Origin: Phoronis australis
Taxonomy: Eukaryota > Animalia > Phoronida
Length of the DNA: 64,000 bases
Assembly: GCA_002633005.1 (NCBI GenBank)
Contig: NMRA01000045.1
Location: forward strand, 341,131 to 405,130
Direction of reading: 5' to 3'
A program made the position numbers and the translations under genes. The stretch's first letter is position 1, and each line of letters starts with the position of its first letter. Below, in pieces: positions 62,269-64,000 of this stretch. A model generated the notes under the pieces. It did no database searches. It saw only the letters and a list, made by a program, of their open reading frames with translations, and was not told where the DNA came from.

Positions 62269-63239
62269 GTATTTCTCATTTTTCAGTAAACACCTTAATT
62301 TTTGTAATAAATCGAATAAAATTAGAAATAGGAAAATTGAAAATAGATGACCTGCCAATTTTCTTATCAAGCAATTGATTTTTCTTGTAAATGTCTGTAG
62401 TTAACTTGAAGTGTGGTTTGATCTGATGGCGTTTTTCATTTCCTGTGAAAGGGTAAAAAGCCCATACCTTCTGTTAAAATCCAACATTCGATGCTGGTCA
62501 CTTGCTGTTATAAAATCAATTTAATTTGTTCCTTGCTCAGATTGGGGTTGATTTCAAGGCTTGAGAAGAGTCACTATTGCTTTCAACCAGGTTGTAAATT
62601 GTGCAGATGATGCGCATGCTACAATCGCCACATTAACACTGTGTGGTGCTCAGTTAAAGGATTTTATTGTAGTTTCANTCCGTCTTGCCACAGTTAGTGA
62701 GTTGTGTGTGTAAACGGCCGCTTGACACAGATCAATTTGCTCCGTGTCAGTTGCACCGGGCCAAAAGTTGATGTCTAAACGGGACTACAATAGACTATCT
62801 AGATTGGAAACCGCTGTAGTATGGAGTTGAAACTGTAGAGGGAAATTGGTGAGAATCAGCCCGACATTTATAACACAGAGCCAATGTAGATAGGACGCGT
62901 GAGAGGTATTATTGTTGTGTACAAATTCCTGTTGCGCGGAGCAATGAGCTATATATCTCATTGGTGCGGAGTACGCTGGTCGTGTAGACGGAGAGACGTC
63001 CTGAGTGTTACGAGACATTGTTCTAAGTTACATACTTATTGTCGAATCACCTGTTAGGTAGCTACAGTCACCTGATATGAACCCTTTGCTGGGACAAAGC
63101 GCGGTAAGTAGTCTGTGTATATAAGGCTAGCTTGGGGAGGTTCATACGCGGTCTGATCCGCACAGTTATTTAATTTGAGCTTCTGGCATAGCACTGAAGT
63201 TTGACACCTTGCCGAATTGCAGTACTCAAACATCAGGAT

Positions 63240-64000
63240 ACAGACCCGTGGCAAAAATTATTTGGGGGGGGGGGAATTTATATGATGTTAACAACGGAAC
63301 ATGTTAACTTTTGGACGGATCCGACTACCGGTGTGCCCCCTAGTGGCAATTTTATTTTTTTACGCTTACCTTTCTATCTTCAAAAGTCCTGAACGAATTT
63401 TCATGAAATTTGGTGTGTAGGCACCTATTAGTGAGATGACGCTATCCTTTTGTTTTCAGATGGATTCGACATAGTTTGTGCCACCTAGTGGCCATTTTTA
63501 TTGTTTTCGAGTCTGTATTTTTGCGTCCACCCCTCTATCAACCAAACCGCTCAAAGGATGATTGTGAAAATTGGCATGTATGTGCTTATTATAAAGAAGA
63601 CAGATGACAATGATTTTCAGACGATTTGGACTACTGTGGCGCCTCCTAGTGGCAGTTATGTTTTTTTTGCGCCTATGGCTGTATCTCCTAAACCGTTTGC
63701 AGGATCTTTACGAAATTTAATAATTAAAGTGTATTTATTTAGCAACAGACGATGACGACTTTTGGACGGATCCGCCTACCAGTGTGCCCCCTAGTGGCAA
63801 TTTTATTTTTTTACGTTTACCTCTATCTTCACAAGTCCTTAACGGATTTTCATGAAATTTGGTATGTAGGCACCTATTAGTGTGATGACGCTATCCTCTT
63901 GTTTTCGGATGGATTCGACCTAGTTTGCGACACCCAGTGGCCATTTTCACTGTTTTTGAGTCTGTTTTTTGGCGTCCACCCCTCTATCAACCAAACCTCT
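63240..64000. repeat. Tandem ~451-bp repeat, probably the interior of a non-autonomous Helitron/Helentron-like element
   Basis: A unit starting cttttggacggatccg occurs at 63308 and 63759, with gaaatttggt(g/a)tgtagg and cc(c/a)ctagtggc submotifs. The class assignment is inference. Confidence 0.7.

Overview
AT-rich eukaryotic (invertebrate, lophotrochozoan-like) draft scaffold with N-gaps. It shows no prokaryotic features. Three spliced genes can be reconstructed by hand with phase-consistent GT-AG introns. (1) CHMP2A/Vps2 (ESCRT-III, + strand, 219 aa); its first coding exon appears twice across an N-gap, most likely as two haplotypes. (2) A convergent, atypical ARF-family small GTPase (- strand, about 233 aa) with Arg in place of the catalytic switch-II Gln, apparently no Gly2 myristoylation site, and a ~50-aa C-terminal extension; a decayed CsRn1-type Gypsy LTR element sits in its first coding intron. 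(3) The 5' ten exons of an F-spondin/spondin-1 gene (+ strand, running off the window). Just upstream of the ARF-like gene, on the same strand, is an orphan 129-aa ORF with a LIR-like motif, a Pro/Ser-rich linker and a C-terminal tail anchor; it may be transcriptionally or splice-linked to the GTPase. This pair is the best candidate for an undescribed system. Introns are packed with MITEs (several with 5-bp TSDs), a TTAA-flanked Kolobok-type element with a decayed P2X7-ballast-like gene, LINE fragments and satellites. All gene models are manual inferences with no transcript or database support.
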